From: Eledone cirrhosa
Lineage: Eukaryota
Direction: 5' to 3'
Length of the DNA stretch: 64,000 bases
Assembly (NCBI GenBank): GCA_964016885.1
Contig: OZ024751.1
Location: 51,336,001-51,400,000, forward strand
The notes beneath the pieces were generated by a model that saw nothing but the letters and a program-made list of their open reading frames with translations, had not been told where the DNA came from and ran no database searches. Positions 1-13,755 of the stretch are shown piece by piece (position 1 is the stretch's first letter; each line of letters opens with the position of its first letter). The translations under genes and the position numbers were made by a program.

Positions 1-31
1 TATATATATATATAAATATGTGTGTATGTGT

Positions 32-297
32 AGGGTTCAATCGGGGGTAACTGTAGTAAGTAAGGTAACTATACTAAGTACTAAATACATAATAGAGTGT
101 ATACAAGATTTAATATAGAAAGGCTTCTACAGGACTAGAACTATTTCATTTGAATGAAACAGTTCTAGTCCTGTAGAAGCCTTTCTATAATAAGTCCTGT
201 AGAAGCCATTTCTATATTAAATCTTATATATATATAACAAAATTTAATATAGAAATTGCTTCTATGGGACTAGAACTGTTTCATTCGTATGAAATCA
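32..297 (-). mobile_element. Fold-back Penelope-like terminal-repeat remnant (family B)
   Basis: Near-perfect hairpin 114-150/153-189 (tatagaaaggcttctacaggactagaac...gttctagtcctgtagaagcctttctata) flanked by (TA)n. The same sequence recurs at ~20790, 25040, 30608, 40290, 45250, 50090 and 54495. Confidence 0.65.
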
Positions 298-941
298 TAT
301 ATATGTGTGGGTGTGGGTGTGTGTGTGCGTGCGTGTGTATATAAGAATCCTTTCATGAGAACAGACATTTGCCTCGAGATTCCTTTCAGGAATCAAACAG
401 AATAAAGTAAAATGCAATAAGTTGGACTGGAACCAAATAAACCAGCAGCTATATACATGTTTCCACACCCAAATATTGTAACTCGAAGGGAAAAAACAAA
501 ATAAATAGATAAAAGAAAACATTCTTATAGATTTTTAATATTAGGCTCAATTCTTCAGCTAAGATTTTCATTCTTTGCATCTTCCAAATAGAATCTTTGA
601 AATGAAATTAAATGAAAAGAGGTATTTTTGGCAATTACTATTGGCACTGATATATTTCTATATGGTGCCATCACAAATGCTCTATTTTTGAGCCAGCTGT
701 TGGCAAAATTTTACCAGTTTTCAACATTTATCTCTTAAGTCTTTTAAATTGGACAAATTAGTCTCATAAACTTTGACCTTATTCTCAATTTATATACATT
801 AATGTATCGATTGTTTAAGACAAAACTTATGTAAATCTTTCTCCAATGTTAAATGAACAGCCACATCTTGGTTCAACTCTTACACGGAATATCATAATTA
901 TTAATTGATTTCAACTGGGCACAATTCTTGGGATAGCTAAA

Positions 942-1262
942 ATGGCACTCCATCAGTTAGGATGACAAGTGTTCCAGTTGATCCCATCAATGGAATAGCC
1001 TGCTCGTGAAATTAACGTGCAAGTGCTGAGTATTCCACAAACATGCGTACCCTTAATGTAATTCTCAGGGAGATTTGGCATGACATAGAATGTGACAAGG
1101 CTGGCCTTTTGAATTACAGGTACAACTCATTTTTGCCAGTTGAATGAACTGGAGTAACATGAAATAAAGTGTCTAGCTCAAAGACACAGCGTGCTGCCAG
1201 GAATCAAACTCACGACCTTATAATCATGGGCTGAATTCCCTAACCACAAAGCCACACTCCTT
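942..1262 (-). mobile_element. tRNA-headed SINE with CORE-like domain (second body type)
   Basis: Minus strand reads gtggctttgtggttagg (A box), gagtttgattcc (B box), then tgtctttgagctagacactttatttc. A body fragment recurs at ~53430-53550. Confidence 0.7.
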
Positions 1263-1605
1263 CACTCTTGGGATAGCTACCACTAAGAGAAAGAACTCAG
1301 TGTGTATGTAGTATACATAGATATACATACAAGCATATGCACACACATATAAGGGCGTCAATTTGGCTAAGTCATTAGAGTATTGGATATTTGTTCTAGG
1401 TCTGTGTGTTCTAAGTTTAAATACTGCTAAGATCCACTTTATCTTTTGTACTTTCAGGGTTGGTAAAAGATGTACCCATCCCAGTGTAAGTGCAGCTCTC
1501 TCTCTCTCCACATAAACAACTCCTTGTCCAACCCTGTAAAGTGGTAGTGCTGAGGCCACAACACAAATCACCTAGTCCACCCAGTAAGTTAGTCATACTG
1601 GTTTC

Positions 1606-1648
<43 letters not shown>

Positions 1649-1950
1649 CGACATTGATGATGAGGGTGATGATGATGATGATTATGATGACATTGATGAT
1701 GAGGATGATGATGATGATGATGACGATGATGATGATGACGATGATTCTGATGATGATGATTATGATGATGATGATGATTCTGATGATGATGACGGCGATG
1801 ATGAGGATGTTGATTCTGATGATGACGATGATGATGATAATGATGATGACGACAATGATGACAATGATGATGATGATGATGATGATGATGAGGTGGAGGA
1901 GTGATGATGACAATGATGACAATGATGATGATGATGACAATGATGATGAG
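1606..1950. repeat. (GAT)n trinucleotide microsatellite
   Basis: Direct inspection; it explains the poly-M, poly-I and poly-D ORFs. Confidence 0.95.
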
Positions 1951-2184
1951 GTGGAGGAGGAGGATACATCAGACTGTAGCCAGTGAATATCTTCTTTCCC
2001 CCCTTCCTCTATCTATTTGGTTGTTCTAGTCTCAGCAACTTGCTAACTTACTAAAGGACAACATCATTGATAAAGTTGATTGCAAACACCAAAGTCGTAA
2101 ACTTCATCACATTAACTATTATATTGATCCTGTATGTGAGACTGTGTATGCAGATAGATCGATAGTTTGGCCTGTGTGTGTGTG

Positions 2185-2216
<32 letters not shown>

Positions 2217-2217
2217 C

Positions 2218-2582
2218 ATCATCATCATCATCATCATCATCATCGTTTAACGTCCATTTTCCAGGCTAGCATGGGTCTGGACGGGAATTGTCCCACTTGA
2301 GGCAAGAGTGGTTGTCTTGCTCAGGACTGTCTGGCGGGTTTTCTATGGCTGGATGCCCTTCCTAACACCAACCACGTTTACAGTGTGGACTGGGAGGTTT
2401 TTACCGTGTTACCTACACGGCCACATTACAGCGTGGACTGTGTGTTTTTTTTGTCGTGACACCTACACGACTTCATTTATTTAGGACTGGATGTTGTGGT
2501 ACCAACATAACTTTACATCGAAGGGGGTGGTGTGGATGGGGTGGGGGTAGTGGGACGGGGGTGTATTTTGGTAAGAGGTGCT
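2218..2582 (-). mobile_element. RTE LINE 3' UTR fragment
   Basis: Matches the 3' UTR at 57718-58093; (CAT)n tail at the left end. Confidence 0.85.
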
Positions 2583-2584
2583 GT

Positions 2585-3465
<881 letters not shown>

Positions 3466-3582
3466 AAACCTTTCAGAACACGTTTCTGTGCGTAAGTAGT
3501 TTATAGAAAATTAAGGTAAGTAGATTTCTTTATCATTAAAGATTTGTGGTTCAGGTCATAGTATATTATTGTAGTGGTAGTG

Positions 3583-3671
<89 letters not shown>

Positions 3672-3940
3672 GGTAGTAGTAGTAGTAGTAGTACCACCAA
3701 TTTACATCAACAAAGGTACATGCACACATATACCCATACAAACACATACACACACTTGTATACAAATAAACGTGCAGTCATTCACACATAGACACACAAG
3801 CACATATTGAAACACATACACACATATATATATGCATATATATATATATATGAAACACACATATATATATATATACATATATATATGAAACACACACACA
3901 TATATATATATATATATAAAACCTTATATATATATATGAA

Positions 3941-4020
<80 letters not shown>

Positions 4021-4066
4021 ATAATAATAAATTTGAAGACTATCTATATGTATATATATATATATA

Positions 4067-5712
4067 TTTGGGTTTGTACCAGGAAGAGGCACCACTGATG
4101 CCCTCTTCCTTGTGAGGCAATTACAGGAAAAGTACCTAGCTAAAAGTAAGCCACTCTACTTGGCATTTGTCGACCTTGAGAAAGCCTTTGACAGAGTTCC
4201 ACGTGCTGGAATCTGGTGGGCTCTTAGAAAACTAGGAGTAGATGAATGGCTTGTGAAAGCGGTACAAGCCATGTATAGGGGAGCAGTCAGCAAAGTTAGG
4301 ATTAGCAATGAGTATAGCGAGGAATTTAGCGTACAGGTTGGGGTCCACCAGGGCTCTGTTCTTAGCCCCCTCCTGTTCATCATAGTCCTGCAGGCAATAA
4401 CGGAGGAGTTTAAGACCGGATGCCCATGGGAACTCCTGTATGCTGATGACCTCGCACTCATAGCTGAATCTATGGTAGATCTAGAGAATAAATTCCAAAC
4501 TTGGAAGCAGGGACTAGAAAGAAAGGGTCTCAAAGTCAACATGACAAAGACCAAGGTCCTTGTAAGTAGACGAGAAAACAGACCCCAGATCCCCTCAGGG
4601 AAATGGCCTTGCTCAGTATGTAGGAAAGGTGTAGGTAGGAACTCCATTCTCTGCCCCAAATGCAAACAATGGGTACACAAGAGATGTAGCGGGATCTCAG
4701 GAAGCTTAATTAAGAATGTAGGATTCACATGCAGCAGCTGTGCTGATACAGCAAGCAGCAAACAGCCACAGGAAACAAGTACCACCAATCTCTGGGAGGG
4801 CTCTGTAGAAACAGTAGACAGCTTCTGCTACCTAGGTGAGCAAATTAGCAGCGGAGGTGGGTGTTCAGAAAGTACAATAACTAGGGTAAGAACAGGATGG
4901 AAGAAGTTTAGGGAACTACTACCACTGCTAGCTGCAAAAGGCTTCTCCCTCAGAATGAAAGGCAGACTGTATGATGCGTGTATCCGAACAGCGATGTTGC
5001 ATGGTAGTGAGACCTGGGCGCTGAAGGTGGAAGACTTACATAGATTAGAGAGAAACGAAGCCTGCATGCTCCGATGGATGTGTAACAGTAATATACGTGA
5101 ACAACAAAGCATAAATGAATTGAGAGAGAGACTGAGCATAAGAGGAATCAAATGCTGTGTGCAGGAGAGGCGGTTGCGCTGGTATGGACATGTGATGCGT
5201 ATGAAGGATGACAGCTGCATAAAAAGGTGCAGAGCACTAGAAGTCGATGGAAACCGCGGAGTGGGGAGACCCAAGATGACCTGGGATGAGGTGATAAAAG
5301 CCGACCTTACCCAATTACACCTCTCAAAGGCAATGACACACAACCGTGACTTCTGGCGTCACGCAGTAATACAGAGTACCCGACCTCCCATGGGTACAAG
5401 CTGAAGCATATAGACAATATGCCCCCACACCCTCCCACTGCAAGGTGGTCGTGGAGGTTCCACGGCAAAAAAGCACCCAGCCCACACTGTAAAGTGGATG
5501 TGTAGGCGCCACGAAAAAGCACTCAGCACTCACTGTAAATGAGGTTGGTGTTAGGAAGGGCATCCAGCTGTAGAAATCAAGCCAAATCAGTTCCTGTATG
5601 AGCAAGCCATGGTCAGCCGACCAGACACTGCCCACAACAGGACAACCCGTCTAACCCATGCTAGTGTGGAAGAACGGACGTAAAACGGTGATCATGATGA
5701 TGGTGATGATGA
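4067..5712 (+). mobile_element. 5'-truncated RTE-clade LINE: RT ORF 4067-5404 plus 3' UTR and (GAT)n tail
   Basis: Open frame [12 protein letters not shown]...AFVDLEKAFDRV...GVHQGSVLSPLLF...LLYADD...FCYLG...[12 protein letters not shown]...GRPKMTW with an internal C4HC3 cluster. The 5' end abuts (TA)n. Confidence 0.95.
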
Positions 5713-6076
5713 TATATATGTATATATATATATATATATTCATATATCTATTTATCTCTCTATATATATACATTTACATATAAATCTGTCTATAAATCTG
5801 TCTACATATGTGTATATCTGTCTATATATCTATATATATCTATATATATATATATGGCCATAGACTGGCAAACCTATATATACCAGAAACACTCTCAAAG
5901 GAGATCTTGGTCTATAAATGTCTCTGTCAGATGAATGAGAAGAAAACTTTCATAAATTTTCTTAATTGCAATTTTAAGCAGCAGAATTAAACCAGAGACA
6001 CAATTCTTCATAACACCTAGTCCGAACATACATACAAATATACATACATACATACATACATACATACATACATACA

Positions 6077-6110
<34 letters not shown>

Positions 6111-6159
6111 AATAGATAGATGCATACATACACAAACTCACATTACTTGTGTGTTTGAG

Positions 6160-6191
<32 letters not shown>

Positions 6192-6324
6192 GAAAGAGAG
6201 AGAGAGAAGGAAAGAAAGAGGGAGGATAGAGATAAATGTGTGTAGCTGTACAAAGAAAAGAGCATTCAGAATGTTACATAGAGTGAATATTTTTAGTTCA
6301 GCAGTTAATAACAGCAACATCCAT

Positions 6325-7100
6325 TAACCAGAGTTCCATTGACATGCAGGCATGTACCTAATATTGCAGACGATTGTATTAAGTGAAGTTTTGGTTGTGT
6401 TTGCTTTGGAATGTATTTCCTTATTGGTCCCTTGCAAGCTGGGTTCCCATTTGGTATGTCAAGTCATGTGATCAAAATCAGAAAACAGTGCTATTATCGT
6501 TGTCTCCCCTGCATTGAGTATGTAAAGTTAACTTAATTAACTCATTCATAAGGGAGGTAACTCCTTGATTCTTTCTGACTTAATCTCTTGTGGTATCATT
6601 TTTCATACTGATATTTTCGGAGTTGGTCTTTGCCAAAGATGGAAGCATATCCATGATGACAATAGAAAATTATTTTGGATTTCCTATTGAGAGATACTAT
6701 AGACTGCTTTAAGAAATACAGTTTTTCCAAAAAGCAAATCTGGTATCAACAATATTCATGTTATAGCCAGGTAGTCATGTTCCATGTCTTTATACCTACA
6801 AATGAAATGAAATAAAGAAATGGAGTTCCCTTCTTTCAGGATCTAAAGGAATATAGAAGTTGACACTACCATCTTTTGAAGTTGTTTGCATTGAGTCACA
6901 TATAAATCCTTTTGGTACTATCTAGTGAGGGGTGATCACATCTTTATGTACCAGAACCTTGGAAAGGAAATGTCCTTTCAGTGGGAAATAGCTTCATCTT
7001 GGCAGTTGTATGTGGGCTGTTGGGATGCTGGCAGCATTGATGTAAGTTTTTCCAGTTGTTGTCAGCAAAGTTGAAAGTGGTATTATCAAGGCAGAATGTC
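6325..7100 (-). mobile_element. Possible highly decayed RLE-type non-LTR retrotransposon C-terminus
   Basis: Minus strand near 6340-6390 reads LIQSSAILGTC, resembling the IQKxxLLGT end motif of R4/NeSL-like ORFs. The rest is heavily disrupted. Confidence 0.25.
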
Positions 7101-7332
7101 TTCTACTGCATCCAACAACTCAATGAGGTTACTCTATTAGCAGTAATTTCTATTTACCATTATGTCCATTATATGAGTAAACATAGCCAATAAGAACCCT
7201 GTTTGCCAATGATCAAAAAGAAACAATCTTTCAAATTGGACATAGCAAAGACCTCACTTCTATGGTCATCTGAAAGATTAGACATATGTCTATGAAGCTC
7301 TGAACAATAATCTTAGAAGTCATTGACTGCCA

Positions 7333-7380
<48 letters not shown>

Positions 7381-7599
7381 CATCATCATCATCATCATCT
7401 TCGTTTAACGTCCATTTTCCATGCTAGCATGGGTTAGACTAATATATATATATACACACACATTCACAAAATGGTATTGATTTCCAACCAGAACCGTCCC
7501 CCACACCACCACCACGACCACCACCACTTTGTCATCTATTTACAAACTAAAATCAAATTATGTTTCATAATGAGGACTTATTGCCACTAGCAGTGGTGG

Positions 7600-8075
7600 G
7601 AGTTGTTTTTTTTTTTGTTTTGTTTTTTTGTTGATGTTGTTGTTGCCTTAGTAGTGATAATGGTTGTAATGGTTGTCATGGTAATGGTAGACATTGTTAT
7701 TGTTATGGTATAATGATGGTAGTGTGGAGGTGATGGTGAAAGTAGTGATGGCGAAAGTAGTGATGTGTGAGGGTGATGGTTATGATGGTGATGAAAATAG
7801 TGTTGGTGGTGGTAGTATAGGTGTTGGTAGCATGAAACTGAATGTAGGGTTGGTGGTAGTGGAGGTGGTGGTGGTAGTGGAGGTGGTGGTGGTGGTAGTG
7901 GAGGTGGTGGTGGTGGTAGTGGAGGTGGTGGAGGTGATGGTGGCATGATAGTGAAAGTAGTATTGATGATAGTAGTGTGGGCTGTTGGTAGCAGTGATGG
8001 TGGTATGGGGTGTGTAGTTGGTGGTGGTGATGGTGGAGTGGGAGGAGGGAAACCCGCGAGTGTGTGTGTGTGTGT
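7600..8075. repeat. GGT/GAT/GTT low-complexity region
   Basis: Degenerate trinucleotide repeats. Confidence 0.85.
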
Positions 8076-8311
8076 GAGTGGGCGTGTGCACATGCATTGT
8101 TTCATGGTAGACGAGGTGTGTATGTGTGGCTTGCACTAATTAGCTCAGGGCAGGGGTTGAAGAGGGGTGAGGGCCAGGCTTACAAAAGATCTTAATTGCT
8201 TTCAGAAAAATATCTTATAATGTCTATTTGTAGCAAGGAAGGGGATGAGAAAAAGACAGACAGAGAGTAAGGAGGGGTGTACACAGGGAGTGAAAGCGGG
8301 GGAGAGATTCA

Positions 8312-9369
<1,058 letters not shown>

Positions 9370-9874
9370 CCAGACAGATATATATACCCTTCTTCCATAA
9401 AAGAATGGAAGGATACATTTAATATGATAGTCCTAGAAACACTCCAGATTGGATGATTACGTCTTGAATGCATTAGTTCATAGATCTGTTTGACCAGAAA
9501 ACAACAACAAACAGCAATAACTCCATCATCTCATTTACTCTAAATAACAGCAATATCATTATACATAAATTCAATTAACTTAAATCTAAATTACAGTTAT
9601 GGAGACATGTTTAGTACATGTTTATAATAAATAAGTAATAAAAACTAAATAAAGAAAAAGTAAATGAGTCTGAATTATAGCTCATTACATCAATCATGAT
9701 ATTTAACAAGGTTATCATCAACTAATTTATTAAGCTGCAGTCAACATTTAGCAAAGAATATATTTTTCAAAATAAATTCGATTTGATTACTTATGAAGAT
9801 TGATATGTGCTGTGTTGCTTGTGTAAGCTTTCTTGCAGTACTAAGACTGTTGAAGAGGCAAGATTTTAGGCTTG

Positions 9875-10365
9875 TAAGTATAGCTGTGTGGTTAAAAGGC
9901 TTGTTTGATAATCATGATGTTCTGGATTCAACCTCACTTCACCCAGTCACTTCAGTAAAGTAGGAGAGAAGAGTTGTGATAAAAAGCATGCAGTTCACCC
10001 AGTAAGTTGGTAGTTCTGGTGTCGTGATAAAAATCACCCAATAAGGTGGTAGTGCTGGTACCACAATGAAAAACACTCAGTCTGTCCTGTAAGGTGGTAG
10101 TGCTGGTACTACAATGAAAAGTACTCAGTCCATCTTGTAAGGTAGTAGTGCTGGTACCATAATGAAAAACACTCAGTCCATCCTATAAGATGATAGTGCT
10201 GGTGATACAACAAAATGCTCCCACCACATGTAAAGTAGATGACATTAGGAAAGGCATTCAGCTATAGAAACCAAGCCAAAAATGGAGCATACAAGCAGGA
10301 TATAGTCAACTGACCAATCTGGCCTCAATACATGACAGCCCATCTAATCCATGCAAGCATAGTTT
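9875..10365 (+). mobile_element. Old SINE containing a ~48-bp minisatellite (about 5 units, 10001-10235)
   Basis: Degenerate tRNA head (agctgtgtggttaaa...ggattcaacc), repeats of gtaaggtggtagtgctggtac...aaaacactcagtcc, and an RTE-type tail (ttaggaaaggcattcagctatagaaa...ccatgcaagcat). Confidence 0.65.
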
Positions 10366-10480
10366 CTGTCTATACACTTTCACACACTTGGGTTTACCTG
10401 ATATTAATGGTAAAAGACACTTGCCTAATGTATTGCAGAGTGAATTGAACTCAGAACCATGTAATTGTGAACTATACTTT

Positions 10481-11171
10481 TTAACTTGATGTTCTGTACC
10501 ACATGAGACCGCATTAACAAGACACACTTTAAAAAAGGTATTGTACAAAACAGTACTATGACTACATCACAATAAAATTTAAAGCCTTTACTCTAATACT
10601 GCAAATTTTCTCAGCAATCTGTCCACCAGTTAAGATACTAGAAACGTTTGAATTAACACACCAGATTTTATATATTTTCTACTAAATCATTACAGAATGT
10701 ATATAAATAATACTGTAAACTTTCACAACGCTCTGTTCACTAGTAAAAATACTATAAACATTCAAATTAGCAAACCCGTTTTCAAATATTTTATGCTAAA
10801 TTGTTATAGGATGTTAAGAGATAATATTACAAATTTTCACAACAATCATTCCACTAGTAAAGATGCCATAAACATCTAAATTAACAAACCTGTTTTCAGA
10901 TATTTTATGCTAAATCATTACAGGATGTTCAGAAATAATACTGCAAATTTTCTCAACGATCTATCCGGCAGTAAAGATACGATACTATAAATATTTGGAT
11001 TAACAAACCAGTTTTTAGATATTTTATAGTAAATTATTACAGGATGTTTAGAAATATTACTGAAAATTTTCTCAACAATCTCTCCACTATTAAAGAGCTT
11101 ATAAATATTTGAATTAACAAACCTGTTTTCAGATATTTTATGCTAAATTATTACAAGATGTTAAGAGTTAA
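10481..11171 (+). mobile_element. TTAA-flanked (piggyBac-like) MITE with five internal ~114-bp tandem repeats
   Basis: Ends in tacaagatgttaagagttaa. The left part matches the reverse complement of 50850-51008, which ends caggatgttaagggttaa. Units start at about 10595, 10708, 10822, 10936 and 11055. Confidence 0.65.
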
Positions 11172-11718
11172 CCACACAGCCATACGTGCATACCCAATAG
11201 AAGTGAAAGAAAGCAAACTAAATACTGAAATATATTACAATCCAGTATTCACACTAGTCAACTATCTCCACCATCCTTACCAGCTATAATATTTAATTGC
11301 TTATTCAATAATTTTATTCCTAAACACTCCACTAATTTCCCATTTTTAGTTCTAGCTTTGATAATTATCTCAACAAAGGATTTATGAAATTTCATGAAAA
11401 TATTTCCATCATTAATTTGTTAATATATTTTTTGATTGAGAAATTAACTTTGTATAAATCTTTCTCACTCTCTCTCTCTTGCCCCCTCTCTCTTTCTCAC
11501 TCAATCTCTCACTTGCCCCTTCTCTCTCGCTTGCCTTCTATATTTTAACATTTTAAATTAAAATGCAATTCAAAAAATATCTATACATTTAATCACTTTA
11601 AAATCAAATTTATAAAAGTTTATGTTGGAACATTTCTCAAAGTAAATGAATAGAGGAATAAATGAGGTTGGACGCTTAAATGAATAAAGCCAATAATTCC
11701 ATATGTTAAATTACTTCT

Positions 11719-11897
11719 AATAATTGTTTCTACTTTTGGCACAAGGCCAGCAATTACCCAGTGTATTACTGGTACTTTATTTTATCGACCCCGTAAGGAT
11801 GAAAGGCAAAGTTAACCTCGGCGGGATTTGAACTCAGATCGTAAAGGGACGTAACTACGCTGGAAAGCATGTCTGACCCTCTACCAATACTGCCAAT
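11719..11897 (-). mobile_element. tRNA-headed SINE (gcctttcatccttacggggtcgataaaa core family)
   Basis: B box gagttcaaatccc on the minus strand; near-identical copies at 16021-16204 and 62460-62643. Confidence 0.85.
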
Positions 11898-12016
11898 CTA
11901 ATAATGAAACATATTTTGTAATCATGAATACAATGAGTCAGGCATGGCTGGGTGGTTAAAATGTCTGCATCCCTACAATTTGGTTTCAAATTTGATCCTA
12001 AAGATACTTGTATCGT

Positions 12017-12227
12017 TAACCCTTTATCATTTAAACCGGCCATATCCGGCCAGAATTCTCTCACCTCTTTCTGTTCAAACTGGTCTTAAATGGCCACTCA
12101 TACTGATGTTAAGGTATTGCTCTCAAAATCTCATAGATTCGATATTATGTGAGATAATTATGTAAGATAAAGCCTTTACCACAAAATACAATAAAAATAT
12201 AAAGTAATGTAAATGTTAATGGGTTAC
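12017..12227 (+). mobile_element. TTAA-flanked piggyBac-like MITE
   Basis: ttaaccctttatcattta...taaatgttaatgggtta terminal inverted repeats; homologous copies at 44715-45016 (reverse) and 50629-50848. Confidence 0.7.
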
Positions 12228-12580
12228 GGTAATCCTTTGGCAGAATCAGTTTGATGCAGTGTATGACAAGGGCTAACCCTGTGAAAATACAGGTGTAGTA
12301 CACCTAACAATCTCCCTCGTGGTCTCTGTTCACCCAGGTTGACTCTCATGGCTCAAGTTGACCCAAGGAGGTAGAAGACAGCTGCTCAAGTTACCACTAA
12401 GCGATATCACACCTGAGATCTTGAGGATAGCAACAGCAAAAGCATTGTAGAGTGTCTATCCTATCATATTTAATTTTCATCACCATCTTCCTTGTCCCAA
12501 CATATACACACATTTACATATGTTTAGATATATACATATATATATATACATATATATTCATACATATATATACATACATA

Positions 12581-12648
<68 letters not shown>

Positions 12649-12890
12649 AGTATGCATGTATACGTACATACATATATGTATACAGACGTACAGTAGCATG
12701 CACATATATATATATATATACATATATACATACATATGCATACAGGTACACATACATATATGCACGTATCAGTTTAGCGGCGCTTATTATAACGTCGCTT
12801 TGTTCGTTTGTAAACAAACTGAACAGCCTGAATTTATGCCATACGGTGTTAAGGCAACCACGTCACCTTTTTGTTCAACACTGACACAGG

Positions 12891-12935
12891 AACGATGTAC
12901 TAGTTTCAAGCTTGTTAGCTATCATCAGCACCGTT
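12891..12935 (-). ncRNA. Minimal type I hammerhead ribozyme (inverted arm)
   Basis: Reverse complement of the motif at 13239-13283. Confidence 0.85.
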
Positions 12936-13238
12936 TACCCATCTGCCAGATAGTTGAACGTTCGAAAGTATACACTTTCCTTATGAAAATTAACGGCTGT
13001 GCATGCTACTGTACGTCTGTATACATATATGTATGTACGTATACATGCATACTTACATTTAAGTAAGTGCCATACTAAGAGTGAGAAATGAAATTTCGTT
13101 TTCATTTTGTTTCAATTTATCGTTTTCGGTATGCCTGACCGATTTAACTCACTCAATATGCAAATTAGGCTGCTCAGCCGTTAATTTTCATAAGGAAAGT
13201 GTATACTTTCGAACGTTCAACTATCTGGCAGATGGGTA

Positions 13239-13283
13239 AACGGTGCTGATGATAGCTAACAAGCTTGAAACTAGTACATCGTT
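13239..13283 (+). ncRNA. Minimal type I hammerhead ribozyme
   Basis: aacggtg-CTGATGA-t-agc-taacaa-gct-t-GAAA-ctag-TA^catcgtt: 7-bp stem I, intact core, palindromic stem III (actagt). Predicted GUA cleavage after 13276. Confidence 0.9.
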
Positions 13284-13710
13284 CCTGTGTCAGTGTTGAA
13301 CAAAAAGGTGACGTGGTTGCCTTAACACCGTATGGCATAAATTCAGGCTGTTCAGTTTGTTTACAAACGAACAAAGCGACGTTATAATAAGCGCCGCTAA
13401 ACTGATACGTGCATATATGTATGTGTACCTGTATGCATATGTATGTATATATGTATATATATATATATATGTGCATGCTACTGTACGTCTGTATACATAT
13501 ATGTATGTACGTATACATGCATACTTACATTTAAGTAAGTGCCATACTAAGAGTGAGAAATGAAATTTCGTTTTCATTTTGTTTCAATTTATCGTTTTCG
13601 GTATGCCTGACCGATTTAACTCACTCAATATGCAAATTAGGCTGCTCAGCCGTTAATTTTCATAAGGAAAGTGTATACTTTCGAACGTTCAACTATCTGG
13701 CAGATGGGTA

Positions 13711-13755
13711 AACGGTGCTGATGATAGCTAACAAGCTTGAAACTAGTACATCGTT
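13711..13755 (+). ncRNA. Minimal type I hammerhead ribozyme (unit 2)
   Basis: Same sequence as 13239-13283, offset 472. Confidence 0.9.

Noticed and set aside
520-900. Decayed hAT transposase C-terminus on the minus strand (IEPNIKNL)
   Set aside because: Only one short motif is recognisable amid stops and frameshifts; not supportable without a search.
4156-5343. Antisense ORFs overlapping the RTE copies (also 56437-57143 and 58374-60304)
   Set aside because: Shadow frames of the RT coding sequence with no independent evidence.
10001-10235. CRISPR-like array of short repeats
   Set aside because: Units are contiguous and similar over their whole length with no unique spacers; eukaryotic SINE context; no cas genes.
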